Below are positions 49,802-64,000 of a DNA stretch of 64,000 nucleotides, one piece after another. This stretch comes from the human T2T-CHM13v2.0 reference genome, Homo sapiens. The stretch lies in the NCBI RefSeq assembly GCF_009914755.1, contig NC_060947.1. One strand, 5' to 3'. The translations under genes and the position numbers were made by a program. The notes under the pieces are model-generated. The model did no database searches. It had not been told where the DNA came from and was given only the letters and a program-made list of their open reading frames with translations. The first letter of the stretch is position 1, and each line of letters begins with the position of its first letter.

Positions 49802-51619
49802 CCTTTATGTTAGAGAATTGAATTGCTACAAGTAACATACTTCAAAAGTGCCCAACTTGATCCAAGGATGAAAAAGAAGCCACAGAAATCTCAAAAGCAA
49901 GCCCTGGAGATTCCAGCGGCTTGGCTGTGAGTTACTCATACTTTGACCTTTGAGGTGATGGCTGAAACTGAATGCTTAAATCTTTTAAACTCCACACTCC
50001 AGAAGAACTTTGTGAAATATTGTAAACTCCTGTCAATATTTCTGGAGGCCAGCAGAAGATAGAAATTAGGTCTCCCTCTCCTCTACCCAAATGGAGGAAT
50101 AAGAGCTAATTTTTCTTTTAGGCCACTTAGCTCCTCTCTAGGTCAACACTCCATAGGCTCAACTTCTACTTTTCTTTTATCCCCTTTAATCTCTTACCTT
50201 AGCCTGTGAAACATGAAGGTTTAAATCTGGATTGATGAGATGTTTCTTTGATATTTTGAATAAAGTTTATAATCAATATTCAGTAATAATATGGATTATG
50301 GCTATAGTAATTTGAGAAGTTGCTAAGTGGCTTGCCTTCAAAACTGTATCAAATATGGTCCTATTTGACTATTTTCAGTCAGAATATTTTAAATTAAATA
50401 TTTAAAAGTCCTCAGCCTTCCTTTCTAGTCCTCCATTGCTTGTGTGCCAGTATCTATTACCAAACAGGCTAAAAACATCTTATTTTATTTGCTTTTCTGC
50501 AAATAAGCTCCATTTTAATACTGCAACCAAAGTCATGTTTCTGGCATTTATTGACTTCCTGTTTTAGAATAGTTTCCCTTCTTTGCTTTTCAGAACACAC
50601 CACTATGGCTTTCAGATACACATCAACTTGTTCTCCTGTCATCAGAATTTGGGCTGAAAGAAAATGAATTTGGAAAATCTGTGAGACCTAGGTACAGATC
50701 ACTCTCCAGTTTAATTCTCCCTCCCTGCTCTTCCCACTTATCCCATTGACAGACAATCCCTGGAGCAAGGGTAGGCAGAAGCCCCCGGGAAGTGTGAATT
50801 TTTCAAGAAATTTTAGATTTGGTTGAAATGGTGGAAAATCCTCTTGTGGTTCTGAGAGTGAAGATTCTTCAATATGGCCATGCTGGCTTACACCTTTTCA
50901 TTTGGTACTTTAAAACTTTGGATGTTTCTTTCTGCCGTAAGCCTAACATAAGTGATATTAGGTCATACACTTGATCTGTTCCTAAAAAGTGTCCAAGTAT
51001 CACTTTTCTGTGCTGGAAGCAAACATCTATTTGGGCTCTAAATCAGGACCCAGGCACAAAGTACCAATCTTTAGTCTGTGACAGTGGAAACTTATGGGGC
51101 ACCCCATCTCTCCCACCATATAACATCTCATCCCATCTCATCCCAACCCATCTCATTCTGTATACATATATAATTTCTTTAATTACAAAATAATCATTTC
51201 TATTTCTGAAATTGTTTTCTGTATTTCCAATTATTTAGTGACTTTTGGCTTATTAAGCTCTGTAATCTGTTGCTCTTCTTATGTTCCAATGGACTTGTTT
51301 GGCTGCAAAAATGTTATAAACAGTCTTAGCCTATTTTGCAATTATCTGTATTACTTGAATGTCAGAGTACAAGTAAAACACATTTTTGATGAAGAGAATT
51401 CATTTAACATTTTAGCCATAAACCTGGATCTTTGAAAAAGCATGAATCAGACAGTAGAATGGGTCACAATTATATCACTCTTCATTTTGGTTTTCAGTCC
51501 TTCTAAAAGTGATATTTTGTTGATTAAGGAATTAGACCATTGGCATCAACATGGTATATCTGACAGCACCCTTCCTTTATCATTGCAGTTATCAGGTTTT
51601 CTTGTCTTTGCTTTTATAC

Positions 51620-51983
51620 ATTTTTTGTTTAATTTTTGTGGGTACATAGGAGGTATGTATATTTATGGAGTAAATGAGATGTTTTTATACAGGCATGCAA
51701 TGTGAAATAAGTACATCATGGAAAATGAGGTATCCATCCCCTTATGCACTTATCCTTTGAGTTACAAATAATCCAATTACACTCTGTAAGTTATTTTAAA
51801 ATGTATGGTTAAATTATTATTGACTATATTCACCCTATTGTGTTATCAAACAGTAGGCCTTATTCATTCTATTTTTTGGTACCCATCAACCATCCCTACC
51901 TCCCTCCCAACCCCCCACTACTATTCTCAGCCTCTGGTAACCAACCTTCCATTCTCTATGTCCATGAGTTCGATTGTTTTAGT
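51620..51983 (-). mobile_element. L1MA1/2-type 3'UTR, 5'-truncated, with degenerate TSD
   Basis: aatttttgtgggtacatagg..caggcatgcaatgtgaaataa..cagcctctggtaacc. TSD-like agtta(t/a)caggtt..cttgtc on both sides. Confidence 0.88.
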
Positions 51984-53420
51984 TAACAGGTTCTTGTCGG
52001 AATTGAAATATTGGGAGATTGTCATGTACCTTTTAATTTTAATTTCCCATTTTAAAAATCTTTTATTGTTGTAGAGGTTAGCAGGTGATGGGAGAAAAGA
52101 GAAGCAAGTGAGTTCTACATATGCATACCCCCATTATTTGTATTATCTTTGTTTTGGAGTAGATACATGAAAGGAAAATAATTGCCATTGCATAATAGCA
52201 AGTCTTCATATCACAACCTGTTTGGTTATTTTTTTTTACTACTATTCAACAAGAAAGAACATATTTATTGAGCACGTATTTTGTGAGAAGTACTACATAA
52301 TGTGCTCTAGGAGACCAAAAATAACTGAGATACAGACTATATCCCTCCAAAGAATGTATTGTCCAGTAGTTGTATCATTTTTTAGTACACACTTTACCTT
52401 TGTTTTATTTTCCTGCAAAGCAAGAGACCATAAGCCCTAACCAATCACTCATTTGGGTACCTGTCAAGAAGTGGTATGGTTTCTGGAGGACTTTGTGGCA
52501 ATATCTTTTGCTCGAGAGGTCTTTTGGTTCTCTTCTCTCTTTTCACAGGGTGTACAGTTGACAAATTTTGCAAAGAATATCACAGGTTCCTCTGTCTCTC
52601 AAATCAAGAGTCTTGGTTTTAGCTGCACAAGAAGCACATATTCTCTGTTCTAAAGAAAGCAATAACTCATTGTTCAGAATATTGTTTATTCTACTTCTGA
52701 CTTTCTCTAGACTCATGGATCACACATAGGTTACATATAACTTTCCATTAATATCTTTGACCATGACAAACTATTTTAGATTTCTTTTACCTTTGCAAAT
52801 AGAGTCCATTTCCTCCGTGTCACATTTATAGGCCCTACAAAATCTATGATCACACTACTACTATGACTCTGACTCTGACTACTCCTATTACTACTACTAC
52901 ATACACACGCATGAACACATACCCTGCACACTCATGCTATTCCTGAAAAGAGCATGAAGATATATAGTGGTAGAATGATGTTATCTGTGATGTCAAAATA
53001 AAAAATTGAGGACATCCCTATATATTCCTAGCCATCTTTAATTTATTATGAGCCTGTCATTTAGAAATTTATTCTAAATTCTCCTTGAACCTAATTGTAC
53101 TTGTACTTTCAGCCATTTCCATCAGTTGGTATATCAAACTCTGTGTGTCTACTACCTACAGTGGGAAGTATAAGTGTTCTGTTTAATTTTCATAACATTA
53201 TTTCTAAGGAAATTCATCTCTTTGGGATGTCTCAGATAATTTGGTGACCAACTTTGTGTTTTCTCATCCATCTGTATCTTGATATTGTGAACATGTACCT
53301 TACTCAGAGCTATACTTTCTTAGACTTGAGAGGTATGTCTTACTTTGCTTCTATCTCCCACTAGAGAGTTCAGCATGTAGTGGTGTACTAAAAGACCTGA
53401 ATCAACACAGTCATTATCAT

Positions 53421-53776
<356 letters not shown>

Positions 53777-54315
53777 TAAAAAAAAAAAGGACTTTCTAAA
53801 ATCTACTTAAATAGATCACATTCTGATTAATAAGATTATTATAACATGGCTGGCCGACTGGACCTTAGAGTATAATACTATTAGTCTATGTGAACTATTA
53901 AAGTACATTAATAATGTATAAGACCCATCCTTCTCACAGAAAGCTGCATAGACTAAGAAGTTAGAAAAAAAAAATAATTAACTCGCCCCTCCTCCAGTTA
54001 CACACAGTTCAGTGTGGAGAGAGTGACTCCATTTGTTTAGGGGAAAGTAAGGGAAGAGAACAAGAGTCTCTGCTTGGTGATCCAGGGAAATGCCCAAGAC
54101 CACAAAAGCAATACCTCCACAAGTACGCAAGAGCCACAGTATAACTGGGCTTTGGGTGCCCCCTAAAGCAGATATGACTATAGTTACAAAAATCTTGCAT
54201 TGCAACACCCACATCCTTTAAATGCCTGGAAAGCTTTCTCAAGAAGGGTGGACACAAACAAGCTAAGATTGCAAACACTAAAATAAATAACTCTTTAATA
54301 TCCAGACACTGACTA

Positions 54316-54985
<670 letters not shown>

Positions 54986-55177
54986 CCCGGGAACACATAA
55001 ACTCAACAAATGCACTAAATAAGGCACCAAAGACCAATCCAGGAGAGACATAGATAGAGACCTTTCAGACGGAGAATTCAAAATAACTGTTTTTTGAATC
55101 CAAGATAACACAGAGAAGGAATGCAGAGTCCTATCAGATAAACATAACAAAGAGATTGAAGTAATTAAAAAGAATAG

Positions 55178-55547
<370 letters not shown>

Positions 55548-58289
55548 TCACATTCTCTTAACAGCAGAGCTGATCAAGCAGAAGAAAGATTTAGTGAGCT
55601 TGAAGACAGGCTATTCGAAAATAAATACTCAAAGGAGACAAAAGAAAAAGAATAAAAAACAATGAAGCATACCTGCAAGATGTAGAAAATATCCTCAAAG
55701 GGTAAATCTAAGACTTATTGGCCCTAAAGAGGAAAGAGAGAGAGATATTGGGGTAGAAAGTTTATTCAAAGATTTAATGACAGAGAACTTCCCAAACCTA
55801 GAAGAAGATATAAATATTCAATTACAAAAAGGTTATAGAACACCAGGTAGGTTGAACCCAAAGAAGACACCTCAAGGCATTTATTAATCAAACTCCCAAA
55901 GGTCAAGGATGAAGAAATGATCCTAAGAGCAGCAAGAGAAAAGAAATAACATGTAAAAGAGCTTCAGTATGTTCTGGAATCAGATTCTCAGTGGAAACCT
56001 TACAGGCCAGGAGAGAGTGGTATGATATATTTCAAGTGCTAAAGAAAAAAAACTGTATCCTAGAATAGTATATCCAGTGCAAATGTCCTTCAAACATGAA
56101 GGATTAATACTTTCCCAGACAAACAAAAGCTGAGGGATTTCATCACCACCAGACCTATCCTACAAGAAATGCTAAAGAGAGTTATTTAATCTGAAAGGAA
56201 AGGACATTAACAAGCAATAAAAAATCATCTGAGGGTACAAAACTCACTGCTAATAGTAAGTACCCAGAAAAACACAGAATATTACAATGCTGGAATTGTG
56301 GTATGTTAACTACTCATATCTTGAGTAGGAAGATGAAAAGATGAAGAAATAAAAAAATAATAACCATAACAACTTTCCAAGACATAGTACAGTAAGATAT
56401 AAATAGAAATTTAAAAAAGTTAAGAAGCAGAGGGACACAGTTAAAGTGTAGAGTTTTTAGTAGTTTTCATTTTGCATGTTTGTTTATGCAACCAGTGTTA
56501 AATTTTTATCAGTTTTAAATAACAGGGTATAAGATATCATTTGTGAGACTCATGGTAACCTCAAAACAACATAAAACAGATATATAAAAAATAAAAAGCA
56601 ATAAATTAAAACACATCACTGAAGAAAATTGCCTTCACTAAAAGGAAGACAGAAAGGAAGGAAAAAAGGAAGAGAAGACCACGAAACAATAAAAAGACAA
56701 ATAACAAAATGGCAGGAGTAAATCCTTACTTATCAATAATAACATTGAATGTAAATGGACTAAACTCTCCAATCAAAAGATGTTCAGTGGTTGGATAGAT
56801 TTAAAAAAAAACAAGATCCAGTGATATATTGCCTACAAGAAACACACTTTAGCTATAAAAACACACAAAGACTAAAAATAAAGGGATGGAGAAAGATATT
56901 TCATGCCAATGGAAAACAAAAAAGAGCAGGAGTAGCTATCTTTATATCAGAAAAAATAGATTTCAAGCAAAAATTGTAAGAAGAGACAAGATCATTATAT
57001 AATGATAAAGGAGTCAATTCAGCAAGGGGATATAACAATTATATTTGAACACAACAATGGATATCCCAGATATGCAAAGCAAATATTACTAGAGATAAAC
57101 AGAGATACAGCCTCATGCAATAATATCTGGAGACTTCGACACATCACTGTCAGCCTTGGACAGGCCTTCCAGAGAGAAAATCAACAAAGAAACATTGAAT
57201 TTAATCTGTACTATAGACCAAATGAGTTTACTGGATATTTACAGAACATTTCATCCAATGGCTGCAGAATACAATTTATTATCTGCAGCACATAGACCAT
57301 TCTCAAGGATAGACCATATGTTGAGCCAAAAAACAAGTCTTAAAACATTCAAAAAAGTTGAAATTATATTCAGAATCTTTTCTGACCATAATGGGATAAA
57401 ACTAGAAATCAATAACAAGAGGAATTTGGGGAACTATAAAAATACATGGAGGCTGGTCTGAGAATCTCAAATATTGTAGCTGTCTAATACTTATCAGTTT
57501 CTAATTTCTGTCCGCTGATTCACAGAGTAGCTTACTACTTTCAAAAGAGAAAGAGCTTGAAAGCCATTCTGCATTCTTTTTCTACTTCCCAGTTGACACT
57601 GGAGTTGCTGCAGAGGGTTCCCTTTAAAACTAGTTAAAAAGTATTCCATAAAATAAATGCAATATTTTTCATCTTTTCTTTCTTTTATTTACTAAAGATA
57701 CGGACTTACTTTCAAAGTCTATTTTCTTCTTTACTGCAAAGTAGATTTGGCAATCCTGAGCTAGATCCATTCCATTACAAACTTCAGATAAAATGGCAGC
57801 AATAGAAATAGATTATTAAATCATTAGCCAGTTGTCTAATTACACTGTGAAATCTAAAGCATACCTCCTTTATTGTCACTCACAGAAACTTTCCCTATCT
57901 TAGCAAAATCTTCAATCAGTGTTTATCTCTCATTCCTTTTCTTCTACACTCTTCCTACTTTATCTTCCACCAAAGCCAGAATTTTCACTGCTCTCATGCT
58001 TTTTTGTTTCTGTACATCAGAAGCTCTTCCAGTGATACTTACAGAATGCTCATGCTTATGAGTGGGAATAGCATCTGAAAAGCTTTGTTAGCATGACATC
58101 TCTTTATGAGCTGATTCCACATCTTAGACAGAACTCTCAGAATCTCCCTTTGTAAAATCTTAGATTTTTACACTGACCTTTATGTTATATGGCTTGTGTT
58201 TTGTGTACCCAATCTCTTATTGGATGTGTGACTAATGTGAGTATCATCAACTGATACAAGGAAAGATGCCCAAAATAAACAAGTTAGCC

Positions 58290-58785
58290 ATGGTAGTGCT
58301 TTTGAAAAATATACACACATTATTTGAAACTCCTCCCCTCAAGAAGTGGAGACTAGTTCCTCTCTCTTAGAGTATGGGCTGACCTTAATGCACTTCTAAC
58401 AAATAGAGTAAAACAAAGGCAGGTGTGTGTCACCTTGGCGATTCGATCATAAAAGGTACTGTGTCTTCCTCCTCACTGGCTCTCTCTCAGGTCGTTTGCG
58501 CAGAGGGAAATTTACAGCCATGTCATGAGGACATTTAGGTATCCTATGGAGAGGCCTACCATGGTGAGAAACTGAGGCTTCCTGCTAACAGCCATGTAAG
58601 TGAGCCATCTTGAAGTGGATCTTGAAGACCTAGTCAAGACTTCAACCTCCTAGGAGATACTGAACAGAACCAGCTAAGCCATACACAAATATCTGACAAA
58701 CAGAAACTGTGAAATAATAAATGTTGATTATTTTAAGTCACTAAGTTTTAGGGTAATTTGTTACATAGAAATAGGTAACAGGATA
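58290..58785 (+). mobile_element. MLT1F-like MaLR solo LTR
   Basis: ctcctcccctcaagaagtggag..gccatgtcatgaggaca..tggagaggcc..gaaactgaggcttcctgctaacagccatgtaagtgagccatctt..cagaaactgtgaaataataaatgtt..ttgttacatagaaataggtaac. Confidence 0.82.
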
Positions 58786-58861
58786 TTCATAGGTTTAACA
58801 ATTAGCCTATCACATCTCTCAAAAATGGTAAAGGGGATTTTCTATATGATACTTACCTATA

Positions 58862-61014
58862 TAGTTGACCCTTAAAACAACATGTGTTTGAACTCTGTTG
58901 GTTCACTTACATGTGGGTCTTTCTCCACAAATATATCAGAAAATTTTTGGAGAGTTGTGACAATTTGTAAAAACTAGGAGATGAATTGCTTAACCTAGAA
59001 ATATCAAAACAATAAGAAAAAGTTATGTAATGAATGCACAAAATATATGTACATCCTAGTCTACTTTATCATTTACACAAATATAATATACAAAAGTATA
59101 TTACGAAAAGTTAAAATTAAAGACACTGTATCAAAAAAGTTTAAATTTATCAAAACTTATACAAACACAGATCATACATGGTGCCATTCCCAGTTGAGAG
59201 AAATGTAAACAAATATAAATATGCAGTATCAAACTATAACTGCATAAAATTAACTGTAGTCCATACTATACTACTATAATAATTTTGTAGCTACCTCCTG
59301 TTGTTATTGCAGTGAGCTCAGGTATTGCGAATATCCACTTAAAATGCTGTGTGCTGCCAATCATCTTCATGTGAGCAATTCCTCTCTCCCGTAAATTGAG
59401 TATCACAGAAAAAAGTGACCTCTGGTGTTATTCATGTAGTTTTCATTGATTTTAGGGCAATACCATAAGCTTTGGATAATACCATGAGAACCCATATGAA
59501 TTGCCACAAGTGATGCTGGAAGTGTCCCCAAGAAGCAGAGAAAAGTCTTGACATGACAGGAAAAAGCTGAATTGCTTGTTATGTACGATAGATTGAGGTC
59601 TGCAGCTGCAGTTGCCTGCCATTTCAAGGTAAAAGAATCCAGCTTGAAGATTATTGTAAAAAAGAAAAGAAAAGAAAAGAAAATTTGTGAAGCCATTGCT
59701 GCAGTTACCAAAAATGTTGCACTTTTTGAAAAATGCCTTTTTATTTAGTATTGAAAATGCAGCTTTTAGGTAAGTGCAGGATTGCTATAAGAAAGGCATA
59801 CCTATAAAATCTAACATGATTTAAGCAAAAGTCAAGTCAATATATGATAACTTAAAACAAAAGGAAGCATACAAAGTTGAAGAATTTAATGCCAGCAAAG
59901 GATGGTTTGGTAATTTTAGAAAGAGGTTTGGCTTTAAAAATGTCAAGATAACAGGAGAAGCAGCTTTTGACAACCAAAGAGGCAGCACAAGTTTCCAGAT
60001 GCCATTAAGAAAATCATTGAGGAGAAAGGATATCTTCCTGAACAGGTTTTTAATGCAAATGAAAGTGCCATATTCTGGGGAAAAGTGCCACAAAGAACAT
60101 TTGTTGGTAAGGAAGAGAAGCAAGCACCAGGATTAAAGGCAGGAAGAGATAGGCGAATTCTACTCTTTTGTGTAAATGCAGTCAGGTTTATGATAGGATT
60201 GCTCCTATTTATAAAGCTGGTAACCCCTGAACCTTTAAAGGAAAAGATAAACACCAGTTGCCAGTCTGTTGATTGTACAACAAGAAGGCCTGGACAATCA
60301 ATGAGAACCCTTTTCCTGGATTGCTTCCATCGATGCTGAAGTCAAGAAGCACCTTGTCAGTAAGAGACTGCCTTTTAAAGTTCTTTTGATATTGAACAAT
60401 GCCCCTGACTACCCAGATGCCCCTGTGAGTTCAACACCACAGGCATCATAGTGGTCTACTTTCCCCAAAACAGAATGTCTCTAATCTAGCCTCTGGATCA
60501 GAGGGCCATAACAACCTTTAAGGCTGATTACATACAATACTCTGTGGAAAAGATTGTCAATGCTATGGAAGAAAACCTCCTCAATAAAGAGGGTGTCAGG
60601 GAAATCTGGAAGGATCACACCATTAAAGATGCTGTCTTTGTTATAGAAAAAACCATGAAAACAATCAAGCCCAAAACAATAAACTCCTGCTGGAGAAAAC
60701 TGTGTCCAGATATTGTGCATAACTTCACAGAATTTGTGAGAGAACCAATCAAGGAAATGATGAACAAGATTTCTCTTTCTTATGATTTTCTTAATAACAT
60801 TTTTTCTCTAGCTTAAATTATCAGAATACAGTATATAATGCATGTAGCATATAAAATATGTGCTAACTGAATAAGTATGCTACTGATAAGGGACCAGGCA
60901 ACAGTAGGCTATTAGAAGTAAGTTTTAGATGAGTCAAAATTATATGTGGATTTCTACCTGCGTGTGGGCGGGGGATTAGCGGCCCTAACCCCTGCATTGT
61001 TCAAGGGCCAACTG
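58862..61014 (+). mobile_element. Tigger2 (TcMar-Tigger/pogo-like) DNA transposon with both TIRs; apparent internal deletion near ~60770
   Basis: TIRs (c>t)agttgaccctt..aacaa and ttgttcaagggccaactg, flanked by TA; transposase remnants inside. Confidence 0.92.
59480..60770 (+). pseudogene. Decayed Tigger2 pogo-family DDE transposase
   Basis: Frames give FNASKGWF.NFRKRF (CENP-B-type HTH), PQRTFVGKEEKQAPGLKAGRDR and KPKTINSCWRKLCPD (TIGD1-like), broken by frameshifts and stops. Confidence 0.88.
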
Positions 61015-61138
61015 TAGTTGATAATCAGTCAAGCCATCAAGCATAGTGGATTTTCATACTTTCACCCTTGTCTTGAATAGTTATAGCCCAAGGAGCTCAG
61101 CCTTACATAAAAGGAAATTTTATGAGCCTTTATTTTAT

Positions 61139-61142
61139 GCGC

Positions 61143-61180
<38 letters not shown>
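61139..61180 (+). repeat. (GC)n(GT)n alternating purine-pyrimidine repeat
   Basis: gcgcgtgcgtgtgt.. for about 42 bp. Confidence 0.92.
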
Positions 61181-61183
<3 letters not shown>

Positions 61184-61451
61184 TTAAGCCACCTTAACAA
61201 AGCATCTTATTGTACTGTTTTTCCTCCTATCATTTGGGAGGACAAAAAGACAACTTACAGGAGAAAACCTGTTACCTCTTTATGGATGGAATTTTAAAAC
61301 ACTTGATCTTTTGAAAACTATATTCACCATAATATTATTTAACATTACTTGTTTTTCTGAAAAAGACAAATAACAAGATATTTTCTTTCATTTTGACAGA
61401 TTAGAAGAGATTAAATTTCACTGTAAATTGTTTGCTGAGTGACTGAAATAA

Positions 61452-61863
<412 letters not shown>

Positions 61864-61990
61864 GTAATAGTTTTTAAAAATGGGTTTTTTTTTTTTTTTG
61901 CTGTTTTGAGCAAACATGAAGTACAAAATACAGAAATTTTTACTTTCCCCAACTCAAAAACTAATAAAAAACCCACATAGCTTTATAATC

Positions 61991-62864
61991 TATTGCGGGA
62001 TCTGGCCAGCAGCCCACAATGCAACAGGGCTCTCTCTTTGTTCCCAGGTGGATAGGCAGGTCGAGAAATAATAGACACACACAAGATAGTGAAAGCTGGG
62101 TCCAGGGGGGTCACTGCCTTCTGGTCCCGTGGTGCCAACAATGCACTGAATATACCAGCATTTATTATTAAGTTTAGTGAGGGCGGGGGTAGGTTAGTGA
62201 GGGATTTAGTGTCATTTGATTATGAGGTGAGATGGTCACATGGGGATGAAGTAATTCTTTAACATAACATCTGTATGCAGAAGTACAGTATACAGAGAAA
62301 GGAATTTACAATATAGTGTGTGCATCGGTAATTTCTAACAGAGCCGTAAAACAGAAACACAGTCTTTCCATAACCTATTATTAGCAAGATATTAATCAGC
62401 AGTAACAGTTGCAGCAAAAGCTGGTTACAAACAATCCATAGAAACAGGACTTGAAGCTAGACAACCAGTTAGACCAGAAATTCTCAGAAGGCAGTATGCC
62501 TTAACCCTAAAGAAGCCTAGAAGAGCCGTGGCAAGATGAGGGCATTTATAGTCCTATCTTATCCATATGGACAGGCGCCCCTCATGTGTCCATTTATAGG
62601 CTCTCCACAAGGGTCGCATTCCATTCCCAGAGCTATGAACATCTGCTTTTCTGGGATAGGAATCTTGGTGATGTGAAACCTCCCTGACTGCACGTCCATT
62701 CATAGGCTCTCTGTAGGGGGAAGCACATCACGCGCTGTTGGCTCATTCTGGCAGTCCAGCCTGGCATTGTCTTTACACAATCCTGCATGCAACTTTGTAT
62801 TTACAATAATCAGGAGCATTTCATCTTTTATTCCATAGCAGTAGTTTCAGGGGGTCTCCCTACA
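61991..62864 (-). mobile_element. 3' LTR of a HERV-K provirus (MER11D-like, HML-7)
   Basis: 874 bp. The minus strand begins TGTAGGGAGACCCCCTGAAAC and ends ..ccagatcccgcaata (MER11-type end). AATAAA at 62161-62166 (minus). Directly preceded by a PPT. Confidence 0.8.
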
Positions 62865-62880
62865 TCTCCCCCTTTTCTCT
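62865..62880 (-). other. Polypurine tract (AGAGAAAAGGGGGAGA)
   Basis: Abuts the TG of the LTR, the standard plus-strand primer position in retroviruses. Confidence 0.9.
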
Positions 62881-62918
62881 GATTTAAATGAACCATAGCA
62901 ATCATAGCTTGGCACTGA

Positions 62919-64000
62919 TCACGACTGGATTGAAGAATATTTTTTTCCAATTTTACATATGAACAATAAACCAATAGCACAAATTATACACAGAACAAAA
63001 TTAACGATAGTGGATCCTCCCAAAGATTTTACCCATTGAATGGGGTTGAGGTTAGATAACCCCTCAGAGATACCGTCTAAAACTTCAGGACCGGGTAAAG
63101 CAGTTAAGTGTGCTTGAGAGGCCTCAAAAATCTGTTGTTTTAGCTTGCTTATGTCTAAACTTAAATTGTCTTCACTTCTTTGTAAATGGCGTTTTACTGA
63201 TTCCCAATTGTGAACAGACTCATTATATTGAAACAGAGTTATACAAAAATCAGAATTATTCCAATCACATTGCATTTATAATCTATGTTCTAAACTCAAT
63301 TCTATCTCCCATCCATATAACAGTTTGTCTTAGATCATTAATTTGATTGGCCAATTTTTGATCAATACCTGACTGAGAATTCCACATCCAAGTAGAATTT
63401 TTTTGCCATTTATCCACAAAATGAACAGTTTGAATAGATTGATGTAATGCAACTCCAGCAGTAGCAGCAGTCACAGTAACAGCAATCAAGCCCATTATTA
63501 CTGCAATTAATGTAAAAATAAATCGTTTACTCCTTTTAAGAGTTTTCCGTAGAATATTATTAATAACATGGATAGAAGGGGAAGATTCCCAAGGCCTGTG
63601 TAAGGCTACGGGGAGCCAAATACCGTCTCTGGCTCTGACTATTAAAATACTATGATATTGATTAAAGGATGAGTCAATACAAGTATACAAGTAACAATTA
63701 ACACAGGTAATTATGTTGGTTTTTGAACTAACATGCATCTTTCCTATAATAACATATATGGTGATTTAACACAACTTTTAAGTGGTATAGTTTTGTTGGA
63801 CTCCATATAGATAGTATATATATTTTGGGATGGTACTCCTTTTTGTGAATATGGGGTGGGGGGAATGGGTTGTATGAGAGGTGGTGGGGGGACATTAGAA
63901 CGAGGGGGTATAAGTCCTTATAATCTTTACTGTCCCATCTTTGAATTGACCTTTTGACAATTGCCATAGTGATATTTTTGGCTGTATGGAAATAGTAGTG
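62919..64000 (-). pseudogene. env: HERV-K (betaretrovirus-like) env pseudogene: SU C-terminus and TM; continues beyond the window
   Basis: [14 protein letters not shown], furin site KRSKR, fusion peptide [26 protein letters not shown], heptad [28 protein letters not shown] loop, hydrophobic anchor IVNFVLCIICAIGLLFI. Frameshifts near 63745, 63298 and 62943, and an in-frame TAA near 63277. Confidence 0.95.

Overview
This is AT-rich primate (human-like) genomic DNA, intergenic or deep-intronic in character, and transposable elements account for a large share of it. I find no intact protein-coding gene, rRNA/tRNA or CRISPR array. The recognisable ORFs in the track are decayed L1 ORF2, Tigger2 transposase, HERV-K env or Alu-derived frames; the rest look like chance frames. 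Main content: three large L1MA-type LINE pieces (1-3 kb, 8.2-11.8 kb, 54-57.5 kb), a multi-layer nested TE stack at 6.1-12.6 kb, Tigger3b and Tigger2 DNA transposons, seven Alus (one inside another), a complete HERV-W-type solo LTR17 and a MER34-like solo LTR (each inserted into an older LTR16-like LTR with a 4-bp TSD), an MLT1 LTR, many MIR/L2/L3 relics, and at the right edge the 3' end of a minus-strand betaretroviral HERV-K provirus (broken env, PPT, MER11D-like LTR, probably HML-7). Non-TE structure includes two local tandem duplications (135 bp and 426 bp), palindromic microsatellites, a G4 motif, and candidate splice/promoter architecture (a TATA box plus short introns at 27.4-28.8 kb on +; well-bounded candidate exons at 35.1-35.3 kb and 25.0-25.2 kb on -) that might mark unannotated transcripts. 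Family names come from recalled consensus sequences and need RepeatMasker/Dfam confirmation. I see no firm evidence of a novel biological system; the transcript models are hypotheses.
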